From NCBI GenBank assembly GCA_905373475.1, contig CAJPTC010000008.1:490-64489 (forward strand): 64,000 bases of DNA, read 5' to 3'. A model generated the notes under the pieces. That model searched no databases, was not told where the DNA came from, and saw only the letters and a program-made list of their open reading frames with translations. The position numbers were made by a program, and so were the translations under genes. Source of the stretch: Bacteroidia bacterium (lineage in GTDB: Bacteria; Bacteroidota; Bacteroidia; Bacteroidales; CAJPTX01). The number at the start of each line of letters is the position of its first letter. Position 1 is the first letter of the stretch. This document shows positions 9,123 to 19,215 of the stretch, one piece after another.

Positions 9123-10691
9123 TTACAACGGCAGGTTGGAATGTTTCTTTGGAGGCATAGCATCCTTCTTGAGCTGCAACATCTGCAGGGCACGAATGAT
9201 GCGGAAACGCGTGTTGCGCGGCTCTATCACATCGTCAACATAGCCCATACTTGCTGCAACGTACGGATTGGCAAATTTTTCCTTGTACTCAATTTCCTTT
9301 TCTGCAATGAATGCCGCCTTCTTCTCTACGTCGTCGCCAAACGCTGCCAACTCCTTGCCATAAAGAATTTCGATTGCCCCCTGTGGTCCCATCACCGCAA
9401 TTTCGGCAGATGGCCATACGTAGTTGATATCGGATTCTAGCCCCTTCGAGCTCATCACGATATAAGCGCCCCCGTACGCCTTACGCAAGATTACCGTAAT
9501 CTTAGGCACAGTCGCCTCTCCGTAAGCAAAGAGGAGTTTTGCGCCGTGGAGAATAATTCCTCCTGTTTCTTGCCCTGAGCCTGGTAAGAAACCTGGTACA
9601 TCTACCAAAGTTACCAAGGGAATATTGAAGGCATCGCAGAACCGTACAAAACGAGCCGCCTTGCGCGAAGCGTTGATATCGAGCACGCCTGCCATGTATT
9701 TCGGCTGATTGGCTACTATACCAACCGACATCCCGTTCATATGGGCAAAACCAACAACGATGTTCTTCGCAAAGTTCTTGTGAACCTCAAAGAACTTCCT
9801 ATTATCGACGATCGCATTGATCACCTCCATAACATCGTAGGGTTTGTTGCTCTCCTCGGGGATAATCTCATTAAGAGAATCTTCTAGACGATCAATGCTG
9901 TCCTCGCAAAGAACCCGTTGCGGCTCTTCGAGATTGTTTTGCGGAATGTACTGGAAGAGTTCGCGTATCATCTCAAACGCTTCTTCTTCACTCTCCGAGA
10001 TGAACGAAGCTACGCCAGACTTACTTGCGTGCATTGCAGCACCGCCCAAAGCCTCAGCGCTTATTACCTCGCCTGTTACCGTCTTTACCACTTTAGGTCC
10101 TGTCACGAACATGTTGCCCGTGCCACTATTCATCAAGATAAAGTCGGTAAGTGCTGGAGAATAAACTGCTCCTCCCGCCGATGGCCCCATGATCATACTA
10201 ATCTGGGGTATAACACCCGATGCCTTGATGTTTCGCTCAAAGATCTCGGAGTATCCCGCCAAACTGTTCACGCCTTCCTGAATACGAGCACCGCCGCTAT
10301 CCAGTATACCCACCACGGGCGCGCCGTTCTTCATGGCCATATCCATCACCTTGCAGATCTTCTCTGCGCATGTAAGGGATAGAGAGCCACCGTAGATGGT
10401 AAAATCCTGCGAAAAGACGTAAACCACACGACCATGAATTGTACCATGCCCCGTTACTACGCCATCGCCTAAAAGGTGACTTTTTTCCATCTCGAAGTCT
10501 TGGCAACGGTGGGTCACGAACATATCAAACTCTTCAAAACTATTCGGATCCAACAACAATTTGATACGTTCCCGAGCCGTCAGTTTGCCTTTCTCATGCT
10601 GCGAAGCTACTTTCTTATCTCCACCAGCTTTCCGAGCTTCTTCGCGCTTCTCGATCAAACCTTTAATTTTCTCCGCCTGAATGCCACTCAT
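9123..10691 (-). CDS. mmdA: Methylmalonyl-CoA decarboxylase alpha subunit / acyl-CoA carboxyltransferase
   Basis: The 522-aa product has the carboxyltransferase fold of the propionyl-CoA carboxylase beta family ([39 protein letters not shown]). Confidence 0.9.
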   Translation of the reverse strand: MSGIQAEKIKGLIEKREEARKAGGDKKVASQHEKGKLTARERIKLLLDPNSFEEFDMFVTHRCQDFEMEKSHLLGDGVVTGHGTIHGRVVYVFSQDFTIYGGSLSLTCAEKICKVMDMAMKNGAPVVGILDSGGARIQEGVNSLAGYSEIFERNIKASGVIPQISMIMGPSAGGAVYSPALTDFILMNSGTGNMFVTGPKVVKTVTGEVISAEALGGAAMHASKSGVASFISESEEEAFEMIRELFQYIPQNNLEEPQRVLCEDSIDRLEDSLNEIIPEESNKPYDVMEVINAIVDNRKFFEVHKNFAKNIVVGFAHMNGMSVGIVANQPKYMAGVLDINASRKAARFVRFCDAFNIPLVTLVDVPGFLPGSGQETGGIILHGAKLLFAYGEATVPKITVILRKAYGGAYIVMSSKGLESDINYVWPSAEIAVMGPQGAIEILYGKELAAFGDDVEKKAAFIAEKEIEYKEKFANPYVAASMGYVDDVIEPRNTRFRIIRALQMLQLKKDAMPPKKHSNLPL

Positions 10692-10762
10692 AGCATTTAT
10701 CGTTTTAATGTTTCTGCCTTCTATGTACCGTCCTTGGCGTACACTTCTGGCACTTCAATGCA

Positions 10763-10770
10763 CAAAAATA
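10763..10770 (-). promoter_or_regulatory. Candidate Bacteroidetes -7 promoter box for the mmd operon
   Basis: The minus strand reads TATTTTTG, which fits the TAnnTTTG consensus. It lies about 70 nt upstream of the mmdA ATG. Confidence 0.3.
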
Positions 10771-11006
10771 GACTTTTTATTATGAATAGAACCGTTCTAT
10801 CTATCGCGCCAATCAGCGCACGACGGAGGATGCAGGCGTAATATTACACCGCGAAGAGGTTAAAACGAAGAAGTGAAGTTGGCGCAAAGCCACGTGCTCA
10901 CACTGTGAGCATCTCTTTTTAGAGACTTTACTACAGGGTAAGGGCGTCCCTTACCGCTACGCAAGCTATAGGAGTGTTGCGCCCCGATATCTACCCGAGT
11001 GCTCCT

Positions 11007-12119
11007 TTACTTCGAGCGGAAAAAGGAACGTATGCCCGCTATGACCCGATCTTGCAGCTCATGAGTCAGTTCCGTGTGCATGGGAAGTGAGATCGCTTCG
11101 CCTACCAAACGACGCGATACTCCGAGTGTACCTACTGTTCGACCGCAGTTGCGGAATGCGGGTTGGTCGCACAATGCCAGCGGATAATATACCATAGAAG
11201 GAACGCCCGCGCCTTGTAAATGCTCCCTCAGCGCATCGCGTTGCCCATCGAGCACACGCAGTGTATACTGATGGAATGTACACCCTTTCGTTTCGGGCGT
11301 TATAATTTCCTCGATATCGGACAAATGAGCCGTATAGTATTCGGCTGCTGCTATACGCGCACTTAGGTATTCGTCTAAGTGCTTCAACTTTATACGCAGT
11401 ATAGCAGCTTGCAACGTATCCAAACGCGAATTGCAGCCAATCACCTCGTGGCGATATTTCTCGCACTGCCCGTGATTGGCAATCATACGCAGCCGCTCTG
11501 CCAGCTCACGATTTCGTGTCATCATAGCACCACCATCGCCAAAACAGCCTAGGTTCTTTGTAGGAAAAAAGGATGTACAACTCACATCGCCAAGAGTTCC
11601 GACTTTTACGGTACTCCCTCCCATTTCGTAAAGCGCCCCTAAGGACTGCGCATTGTCTTCTATAACCCTGACTCCATGCGCATTTGCCCAATTCAAAACA
11701 CCATGCATATCGGCACTGCGGCCATAAAGATGCACTGGGATTACTGCCTTTACATGCGGACTCCAAGCCTCCTCAAGAACAGAAGAATCCAGATTGAAAG
11801 TTCTTTCGTCAACATCAACCATTACGGGTTGCAAGCCCAACAAAGCAATAACCTCGGCACTAGCTACGTATGTAAATGCAGGCACTACCACCTCGTCGCC
11901 TGCTTGTAGCCCCAATGCCATGAGCGAGATCTGAAGCGCGTCTGTCCCATTAGCGCAAGGCACAACAGACATGCCTTCCATGTAGTGTCCGAGTTCCTCG
12001 GCAAAGAGACGCACCTCCTCCCCGTTAATAAAATCACCTTTCAAGAGTACGCGCTCAATAGCAGCTTGAAGCTCGGGATAAATTTTTTTCGTCTGTCCGA
12101 CGAGATCAACCATTTGCAT
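11007..12119 (-). CDS. DegT/DnrJ/EryC1-family sugar-nucleotide aminotransferase (WbpE-like)
   Basis: The 370-aa product is collinear with P. aeruginosa WbpE as I remember it (CANGTDALQI, GDEVVVPAFTYVA). Confidence 0.8.
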   Translation of the reverse strand: MQMVDLVGQTKKIYPELQAAIERVLLKGDFINGEEVRLFAEELGHYMEGMSVVPCANGTDALQISLMALGLQAGDEVVVPAFTYVASAEVIALLGLQPVMVDVDERTFNLDSSVLEEAWSPHVKAVIPVHLYGRSADMHGVLNWANAHGVRVIEDNAQSLGALYEMGGSTVKVGTLGDVSCTSFFPTKNLGCFGDGGAMMTRNRELAERLRMIANHGQCEKYRHEVIGCNSRLDTLQAAILRIKLKHLDEYLSARIAAAEYYTAHLSDIEEIITPETKGCTFHQYTLRVLDGQRDALREHLQGAGVPSMVYYPLALCDQPAFRNCGRTVGTLGVSRRLVGEAISLPMHTELTHELQDRVIAGIRSFFRSK

Positions 12120-12148
12120 TGCTAAGACGAATTAAGAAAACGCGCTAC

Positions 12149-13771
12149 TCAGTGCCTAGCACGGAAACGTGCCACAAACCCGCCAATGATCAAACCAAGA
12201 ATACAGAAATAAGAGGCGCGCCCAAGATAATCGCCCCACTGGACATAGAACGTTTGCTGCGACTGCGGGTAAACCGTACTACGAATAACGCCCTGTAACC
12301 ACCACCCCAAACGTTGGTGTACATTGCCCGCGGGGTCTATTACTCCCGAGATGCCAGTATTGGCAGAACGTACGAGCCAACGTCGGGTTTCGATAGCACG
12401 AAGCTTCGCATAATTGAAATGATTTTTATAGCCAGGCGTATCGCCCCACCAACCATCGTTCGTGATTATAGCTAGTAGATTAGCTCCATTGCGCACGTAT
12501 TCGGTACAAAAATCGCCGAAAACAGACTCGTAACATATAATGGGCGCAACACCCATATTGTCGGGCGTTTTGAATACTGTACGGTGCTCTTGTGTGCCCA
12601 GACTGCCTACCATTCCCCCCAGATTGATGCTCAGTTTGTCAAGAAAACGGAAGAACTGGGGATAGGGTAACATTTCGACGCCCACCACGAGTTTCGATTT
12701 GAAGTAGTACTGCGTATCGCCCACCGAGTCGCCTATCCAAAGAGCGGCATTGTAAGCATCGTACCAATCGCCATCATCTGAGAGACTACGCGCCGTCTTG
12801 GACGGACGTTCCTTACTTTGTTGGTATTGCAAAAGAGTTGTTCCTACCAAGACACGACACTGGGGGTAGGCGTGTAAGAAGGTGCGGATAAGCTCCACCG
12901 CAGGCGTTGCATCGATTTGTTGTATCCAGATATTGCTGGGAATAGCCGTCTCGGGCATAACGAGAAGCCGCGTTTGAGGCGTCATTTTCTCGCTTGCAAG
13001 CGAGAGCATGCGTTCCACCTGCTGCTCGTCTGTTAGTGCGCTAAACTTCTCATTCCAAGGGTCAACGTTGGGTTGTACTATAACCACTTCTATGCCCTCC
13101 CCTCTCCCCTCTACTCTCCCCTCTACCGAGGGCGTAAGGAGATAGGAAAGCACAAAAGGTACAAATAAAAGAAGTACAGTAGAAGTGAGTAGGATTAGGC
13201 GGGCTTTACGAACAAGTTCTTTCCAACCTACAAGCAGATGGTAGAGTAAAAGATTGAAAAGTAGAATCCAGAGCGAACCTCCGAGTATGCCCGTATATTC
13301 GTACCACTGAACAGCCCATGAGGCACTTGCCAGACCGTTGCCCAACGTAAGCCAAGGCCAAGAGATTTCGGAGTTATGAAAGAAATATTCGAAGCCAATC
13401 CATCCCACGAGTAGCGCAGCAGTCCCCCATGCATTGCCAAATCGTTGCCAGCCTTGTACAACAAGTGTAAGCACTAGTGCCATACAAGCAGCCATAGCAA
13501 CCACTGCGCCTATCATACCTCCGAGAGTTGCGCCTTGTATCCACCAGACGGAAAGTGCATTCCAAACGAAAACGGCAAGATAGGTATAGCCGTACGTTTT
13601 CCAGAAACGAGTGCGAGAGTGTACTAAATCGCGGAGAAGATGTAACCATGGTAGCCATGCGACAAAGAGAAACGGCCAGAGATCAAATTCCCATGCCAAA
13701 CACATCAAAAGTCCTCCGCTCAGCGCCAACAACCAGCGCTTACCGAGCCAAGTAGTCACCTTGCCACCCAT
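12149..13771 (-). CDS. lnt: Apolipoprotein N-acyltransferase
   Basis: It has an N-terminal polytopic membrane domain plus a C-terminal CN-hydrolase domain (ICYESVF catalytic Cys block, NDGWW). Confidence 0.85.
   Translation of the reverse strand: MGGKVTTWLGKRWLLALSGGLLMCLAWEFDLWPFLFVAWLPWLHLLRDLVHSRTRFWKTYGYTYLAVFVWNALSVWWIQGATLGGMIGAVVAMAACMALVLTLVVQGWQRFGNAWGTAALLVGWIGFEYFFHNSEISWPWLTLGNGLASASWAVQWYEYTGILGGSLWILLFNLLLYHLLVGWKELVRKARLILLTSTVLLLFVPFVLSYLLTPSVEGRVEGRGEGIEVVIVQPNVDPWNEKFSALTDEQQVERMLSLASEKMTPQTRLLVMPETAIPSNIWIQQIDATPAVELIRTFLHAYPQCRVLVGTTLLQYQQSKERPSKTARSLSDDGDWYDAYNAALWIGDSVGDTQYYFKSKLVVGVEMLPYPQFFRFLDKLSINLGGMVGSLGTQEHRTVFKTPDNMGVAPIICYESVFGDFCTEYVRNGANLLAIITNDGWWGDTPGYKNHFNYAKLRAIETRRWLVRSANTGISGVIDPAGNVHQRLGWWLQGVIRSTVYPQSQQTFYVQWGDYLGRASYFCILGLIIGGFVARFRARH
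13094..13117. repeat. Perfect 12-bp tandem duplication inside lnt
   Basis: TCTCCCCTCTAC occurs at 13094-13105 and again at 13106-13117. It is in frame and encodes VEGR-VEGR. Confidence 0.9.
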
Positions 13772-13989
13772 TCGTTTTGTTAATTGCCCAAAGTATAACG
13801 TCAGAGATCCTCTCTCAATTATACAGAATGTTTGGGAAACGAGGGGAGTGCGTGACTCAACTCCAGCTGTTATGTGTCGCTCGCGAAAAAAAGAGAAAAA
13901 GCAGTTGCGTAATTTGGCTTGCCTTTACGAAGAGGTTGTATAATTCGCCTTAACCTACCTATTGTCGTTTGAAGGCAAATCGTTCCTTG

Positions 13990-14985
13990 CTAGCCCAAAA
14001 ATGTTGCAACGCGTTCTTCCCACAGAGTTAACAGCTGCTGCATATCTGCGGGGAGAGGAGCTTCAAAATGCAAAGGAATGTGCGTAATGGGATGTGTGAG
14101 GTCTATAGCACGTGCATGCAATGCTTGACGCGGACAAATGGCAAATGCCTCACGAATAAAAGCATGATACTCAGGCGTATTCACACCGCGTAGTACCTTA
14201 TCGCCTCCGTAGCGCGCATCGTTGAACAACGGATGCTTTATATATTGCAAATGTGCCCGAATTTGGTGCATACGTCCCGTTTCAAGTACACACTCAAGCA
14301 ATGTAACTAGCGTAAAATCTTTCACAACCCGCCAATGCGTTACCGCATGTTTTCCTACGTCGGAGTCAAGAAAAACTCGCATCCGTTGTCGGTCTGAAGG
14401 GTCGCGCGCCAAGTTCGCATCTACAGTACCCTCGCATTCCTTGAATTGCCCCCACGCCAGCGCTAAGTACGTACGATGTGCCGTATGTTGAAGGAACTGA
14501 ACACTTAGTCCCGCCATGGCAGATTCGTTCTTGCCTACCACCAACAACCCCGATGTATCTTTATCTATCCGATGCGCCAATCCAGGACGAAAATCACCTT
14601 GCTGAAAAAGAGGCTCATTGCGCAAATAATACAACAAAGCATTCACCAGAGTCCCACTGAAATGACCATGCCCTGGGTGTACTACCATGCCAGCAGGTTT
14701 GTTTACGATCAGGATGTCTGCATCCTCATAAACAATATCTAAGGGAATCTCTTCGGGGGCTATCTCAATAGCACGGGGTTCTTGAAGCTGGTAGATTTGT
14801 ACTACCTCGTTGGGCTTTACAAGGTAAGAAGCCTTGCACGCACGCCCATTGACCCAAACAAGCCCTTCGTCTATCTTCTGACGAATGAAAGAGCGTGAGG
14901 CATTTTCAAGTCGGTCTGCAAGAAACCTATCCAGACGCAACGGACTTTGCCCTGGATCGGCAACCACTTCGCAGTAGAGATACAA
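13990..14985 (-). CDS. rluD: RluA/RluD-family 23S rRNA pseudouridine synthase
   Basis: It has an S4-like N-terminus (RLDRFLA) and the catalytic HRIDKDTSGLLV motif. The maximal ORF starts at a TTG, so the start is uncertain. Confidence 0.85.
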   Translation of the reverse strand: MYLYCEVVADPGQSPLRLDRFLADRLENASRSFIRQKIDEGLVWVNGRACKASYLVKPNEVVQIYQLQEPRAIEIAPEEIPLDIVYEDADILIVNKPAGMVVHPGHGHFSGTLVNALLYYLRNEPLFQQGDFRPGLAHRIDKDTSGLLVVGKNESAMAGLSVQFLQHTAHRTYLALAWGQFKECEGTVDANLARDPSDRQRMRVFLDSDVGKHAVTHWRVVKDFTLVTLLECVLETGRMHQIRAHLQYIKHPLFNDARYGGDKVLRGVNTPEYHAFIREAFAICPRQALHARAIDLTHPITHIPLHFEAPLPADMQQLLTLWEERVATFLG

Positions 14986-14988
14986 AGC

Positions 14989-16860
14989 TTAGCGCACTAT
15001 TAGTTTCTTGGTATCCTGTATGCCGTTACGATAGGTGATGCGTACAAGATAAATCCCGCGTGGCAGCTCTGCAATACCAACATACGTATTACTTGGCAGC
15101 CCCTCTCGTACCAACACTCCCTGCACCGAATACAGCGCAATATTTGCAACCTCCTCGGCAGTCTTCACATAAATCTGGTCTTGTGCAGGGTTAGGGAATA
15201 CCTCACTCTCGGGTATAGCAGGCATACAAGCGCTCGTAGGTAATTCGGGGTCTTTTCCCTCCCCACCACATACGAGACGGAACATCAGTGCCCCGTCTAC
15301 TTTAGACTTCTGCCACTGTGCCGACGTCCGACTATAAATAGTCGCTTTGAAAGGGGTATGAGCATCGTAGGCTATATTGATCATGTCTGCCGAGAGTTGC
15401 TCCCAGCCCACGAAATAAGCATTCTTGAACGTAATGGGAGTTGTTAACGCAATTTCGTAGAAACGTCCTACCTCACTCTCCTCACGCGGTGGCGTTACCA
15501 GTTGCTCATAAACCTTATTGCCAGGCACACCATTGGCATCCTGCCAGAAACACAGCCGAAAACGCTTGCGAGACTTGAGGTCTCCTATCGGGTTAAACCA
15601 AATTCTAACCGCCTTGATAGCCGTGGGTTTCAGTGGGCGAAAACGCATTGCAACCGCTGCACGCTCTGCACCCACACCTACTATACCATAACCACTTGTG
15701 GGTTCGCCATTATCATAGGCATACTCATCGGTACAACGTAAAAAAGTTTGTACTGTATCGTTCCAACGAAATGGGGCATTCTTGGGGTTCTTATCGGTTT
15801 GTAAAATACCTCGGATGCGCACATTTACTTCGCTCCCCGCAAGTTCGCTCCAAGGGAAACTCACCGTTCGTTGATAGCTTTCGGACTTAAAAGGCGTTAT
15901 ATTCACATTGCCGCCATTGTAGAACTGCTCTGTTACTTTTTTCGTGAGATCTTCAATGGTAAAAAAGCGACGCACATTGTTCGTATTTCGCCCCATATTC
16001 TCATACTGCATGCCCAATGTTTCGGCAGGATCTGTATTCCGATTTTGCACATACTCGTAGAACGAATCATAGGGCACGGCGCTGTATTCAGTAAATGCAG
16101 TCTGCAACGGCTCTGTGCAAGCTACATCGGGAACAATGGTATCATTTAGCGTCCGATGTGCGTTAAGATACACCAAATCTACGTGCCACTGGCTACTATT
16201 CGCAGTGCGTCCAGGTGCCGTATTGTCGTGTATGATAGAAGCTAAATTGCGGAAACGAAACCGAAAGCCCGTTTTCACAAAACGTCGGTCACGCACAGGA
16301 ATGTGTGCTTTGAAGAAATGACGTTGCGGCGTTTCATGCTTCTGTACTATGCTTTTTACCCAACGCGGCGTGTTCCGAAAAAACTGCTCTACTCGCCCTC
16401 GCTGTGCCAAATAAATAGCCCCCCACACATTAACCCATTGCGCCAAATCGGGGTCGTAGAAATCTACAAGCAACGAATCGCCACGGGCAGGCGCTTCTGC
16501 ATCGCCACCTGGTTGGAATTGAAAAGAGAGATAGAGCGAATCTTGACCAGCTTCCACGACTATAGGAAGAGATGCTGCAATGTCCGCCTGAAAAGCAGCA
16601 GTCGTAGCATTTTTGTGTAGGAGTCCATTTGCGGCAGCAGCGTCTAGCGTAAGAACTCCCACAGTGGGTGCTTTATGAGCACGCGCACGCGTCACCACAG
16701 CATCTGTCTTCTTCTCCCAGTAGGAAGACGAAGGGACAGAAGCAGGATACGAGAAATCGTCAAAAAAGGGAAGTGTAATATTCGGCGCAGACTGCGCTAA
16801 CAACCCCAAAGGGGACAACAAGACTAAGGCTACAAGTGTATTCCGTAGGGAATATTTCAT
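14989..16860 (-). CDS. T9SS type-A C-terminal-domain secreted protein, function unknown
   Basis: It has a signal peptide (LVLLSPLGLLAQS). The C-terminal ~75 aa fit the Por secretion tail pattern (FPNPAQDQIYV...LPRGIYLVRITYRNG...KKLIVR). Confidence 0.65.
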   Translation of the reverse strand: MKYSLRNTLVALVLLSPLGLLAQSAPNITLPFFDDFSYPASVPSSSYWEKKTDAVVTRARAHKAPTVGVLTLDAAAANGLLHKNATTAAFQADIAASLPIVVEAGQDSLYLSFQFQPGGDAEAPARGDSLLVDFYDPDLAQWVNVWGAIYLAQRGRVEQFFRNTPRWVKSIVQKHETPQRHFFKAHIPVRDRRFVKTGFRFRFRNLASIIHDNTAPGRTANSSQWHVDLVYLNAHRTLNDTIVPDVACTEPLQTAFTEYSAVPYDSFYEYVQNRNTDPAETLGMQYENMGRNTNNVRRFFTIEDLTKKVTEQFYNGGNVNITPFKSESYQRTVSFPWSELAGSEVNVRIRGILQTDKNPKNAPFRWNDTVQTFLRCTDEYAYDNGEPTSGYGIVGVGAERAAVAMRFRPLKPTAIKAVRIWFNPIGDLKSRKRFRLCFWQDANGVPGNKVYEQLVTPPREESEVGRFYEIALTTPITFKNAYFVGWEQLSADMINIAYDAHTPFKATIYSRTSAQWQKSKVDGALMFRLVCGGEGKDPELPTSACMPAIPESEVFPNPAQDQIYVKTAEEVANIALYSVQGVLVREGLPSNTYVGIAELPRGIYLVRITYRNGIQDTKKLIVR

Positions 16861-16871
16861 CGTGTTCAGAC

Positions 16872-17786
16872 TTAAAAGACCTCGAAATCGTCATCAATTT
16901 CTTGGGTCTCGTTCTCTCTATCTAACGAATCTTGTAGCGCATTATTGGCTTGCCCCTGTATAGCCTGTGCTGCAATGCGCGATGAGTTCAGCGTTAGCCA
17001 CAAGTTAATACGCGAACCTAAAGGGAGCTCTCTATTGCCCAAGAATGGCGGATTCGTGGTATAAACGCGGGCAGAGAGGGTGTCTGCCATATCTTTTACC
17101 GTCTCGTCAAACGTTATACGACCTACATTTAGCGAACGAGAAGCAAGCATACGACGCGCCTCCTGGAGGGTCATCTGTATCACATTGGGCTGTTGCGTCA
17201 GAGAGCTATTCTCAAATCCTTGCCCTAGCAAAAGGTCTACAAGCCCACCCTTGGGGAGTTTATCGCCTGGTAAAAGATCGTCACCCTCGTACGATTGTTT
17301 AAGTACGCTATTCAGGGCTATGTCTGGCGTGAAGGAGAGTTCGCCGCACTGTAGCCCACTTTGGTCAAGTAGAATGAGCGCTTGGCGCAAAGTTTCACCC
17401 ACTAAGCTAGGCGCCGGCACCATCATAGGACTACAAGCATTGATTGATAGGAAGACATGCCTCCCACGCTTTACCTTCTCTCCTGCAATGGGATCTTGTT
17501 GGAGCACTGTCCCAGGGCGTTTCGTTACAACGTACGAGGAATCAAGTAGTACCAAATTGAGATGATACTTGTCGGCAATCTTATAGGCTTCCGTAAGCGA
17601 CTGACCGCACAGATCGGGTACTGCATATTCGTCGCCGTGACGGGTTAAAATACCCAGCGAATAGAATGAAACGAGTACCAGAAAAAGAATGAGCACTAGT
17701 GCTAGAAAGGGATGACGGACGTAAGGAATTCGCCATATCCGCCGGAAAATGTCTCCAACTTTGCCAAGAATGTCTCTGACGCTCAT
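16872..17786 (-). CDS. PASTA-domain membrane protein
   Basis: One TM helix is followed by three PASTA-like repeats (PDLCGQSLTEA..., VPAPSLVGETLRQA..., QPNVIQMTLQEA...). An ATG at 17786 is preferred over the maximal-ORF TTG at 17813. Confidence 0.7.
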   Translation of the reverse strand: MSVRDILGKVGDIFRRIWRIPYVRHPFLALVLILFLVLVSFYSLGILTRHGDEYAVPDLCGQSLTEAYKIADKYHLNLVLLDSSYVVTKRPGTVLQQDPIAGEKVKRGRHVFLSINACSPMMVPAPSLVGETLRQALILLDQSGLQCGELSFTPDIALNSVLKQSYEGDDLLPGDKLPKGGLVDLLLGQGFENSSLTQQPNVIQMTLQEARRMLASRSLNVGRITFDETVKDMADTLSARVYTTNPPFLGNRELPLGSRINLWLTLNSSRIAAQAIQGQANNALQDSLDRENETQEIDDDFEVF

Positions 17787-17894
17787 CGTGTACGTATCTA
17801 ATAGGTTACGCAAAGTTACCTATTTCACGACTTTCGTCTTGACGCCCCCTTGGGTTGGATTTCAGCTACGTAGTAAAACGCCTCTTGACACGCA

Positions 17895-19193
17895 CTAGAG
17901 ACTCCAATAGCTCAGATGCTGGATCTTACCGCGATATAGCCCCTTCAGATCAGCAAAAAGAAGATCCGCACCACCCAAAGAGGCAATGTATGCCTCATCC
18001 CAATGCAGGAACTCGCGGTGTGCAACAGCAAGTATTACCACGTCGTAGCCTGTGGAAGGTTCGGCTAACAGCGAAAAACCGTACTCACGCGCTACTTCCG
18101 TACTCTCCGCACGCGGGTCTACCACATCCACCTCAACGCCATAGTCACGCAACTCGTTCACAATATCTACCACCTTAGAATTGCGAATATCGGCGACATT
18201 CTCCTTAAAGGTTACACCAAAAATAAGCGCGCGTGCTCCCAAGATAGCCTTGCCTTTACGAATGAGTTGCTTTACAATCTTCTTACCGATGTACCCCCCC
18301 ATCGAATCGTTTATAAAACGCCCAGCAGCTATCATCTGCGGGTGATATTTCAACTCCTTTGCCTTATGTACAAGGTAGTAAGGATCTACTCCAATGCAAT
18401 GACCACCAACAAGACCAGGCAAAAAATTCAAAAAATTCCACTTCGTGGCGGCCGCCTCTATCACATCGTAAGTATTTATGCCCATACGCCCGAAGATGAT
18501 GGATAGCTCATTCATGAGCGCTATGTTTACATCGCGCTGCGTGTTCTCAATAATCTTGCCCGCCTCGGCTACTTTTACACTGGGCGCACGATGCACCCCT
18601 GCCTTTACTACCGTTTCGTACACTGCCGCTATTTGTTCCAAAGCTTCTGCATCGCACCCCGAAACAATCTTCTTGGTATTCTCCAACGTATGCTCGTGGT
18701 CGCCTGGGTTAATACGTTCGGGGCTGTAGCCGTACTTAAAATCTACACCTGCCCTTAAACCCGAACAGGTAGCCAGAAGCGGCACACAATCCTCCTCAGT
18801 GCATCCAGGATAAACAGTAGACTCATAGCAAACATAATCGCCCGCTTTTAAGCACTGCCCCACACTACGCGTAGCAGCTAGCAAAGCTCGTAAATCTGGA
18901 TTATTAGAGAGGTCTATGGGCGTTGGAACAGCAACTACGAAAAAACGTGCAGTGCGCAGTATATCTAGCGAAGAGGTAAAAACTATATCTGTGTTGGCAA
19001 ACGCATCTTGTGCCAGTTCCCCACTCGGATCTATGGCACGCCGCATCTTCTCCAAACGTTCCTCGTTCACATCAAAACCTATTACCGAAAAACGACGCGC
19101 AAAGGCTAATGCTAAGGGTAAACCTACGTACCCAAGTCCTACTACTGCGAGTTTCGCCTGTTTGGCAAGCAATGAATCATAGACTGTTTGCAT
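17895..19193 (-). CDS. Nucleotide-sugar 6-dehydrogenase (WbpA/WbpO/TviB-like UDP-HexNAc dehydrogenase)
   Basis: The 432-aa product has an N-terminal Rossmann motif (VVGLGYVGLPLA) and the catalytic Cys block GGHCIG. Confidence 0.85.
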   Translation of the reverse strand: MQTVYDSLLAKQAKLAVVGLGYVGLPLALAFARRFSVIGFDVNEERLEKMRRAIDPSGELAQDAFANTDIVFTSSLDILRTARFFVVAVPTPIDLSNNPDLRALLAATRSVGQCLKAGDYVCYESTVYPGCTEEDCVPLLATCSGLRAGVDFKYGYSPERINPGDHEHTLENTKKIVSGCDAEALEQIAAVYETVVKAGVHRAPSVKVAEAGKIIENTQRDVNIALMNELSIIFGRMGINTYDVIEAAATKWNFLNFLPGLVGGHCIGVDPYYLVHKAKELKYHPQMIAAGRFINDSMGGYIGKKIVKQLIRKGKAILGARALIFGVTFKENVADIRNSKVVDIVNELRDYGVEVDVVDPRAESTEVAREYGFSLLAEPSTGYDVVILAVAHREFLHWDEAYIASLGGADLLFADLKGLYRGKIQHLSYWSL

Positions 19194-19215
19194 CCCTATT
19201 TTATCGTTTCAAACC

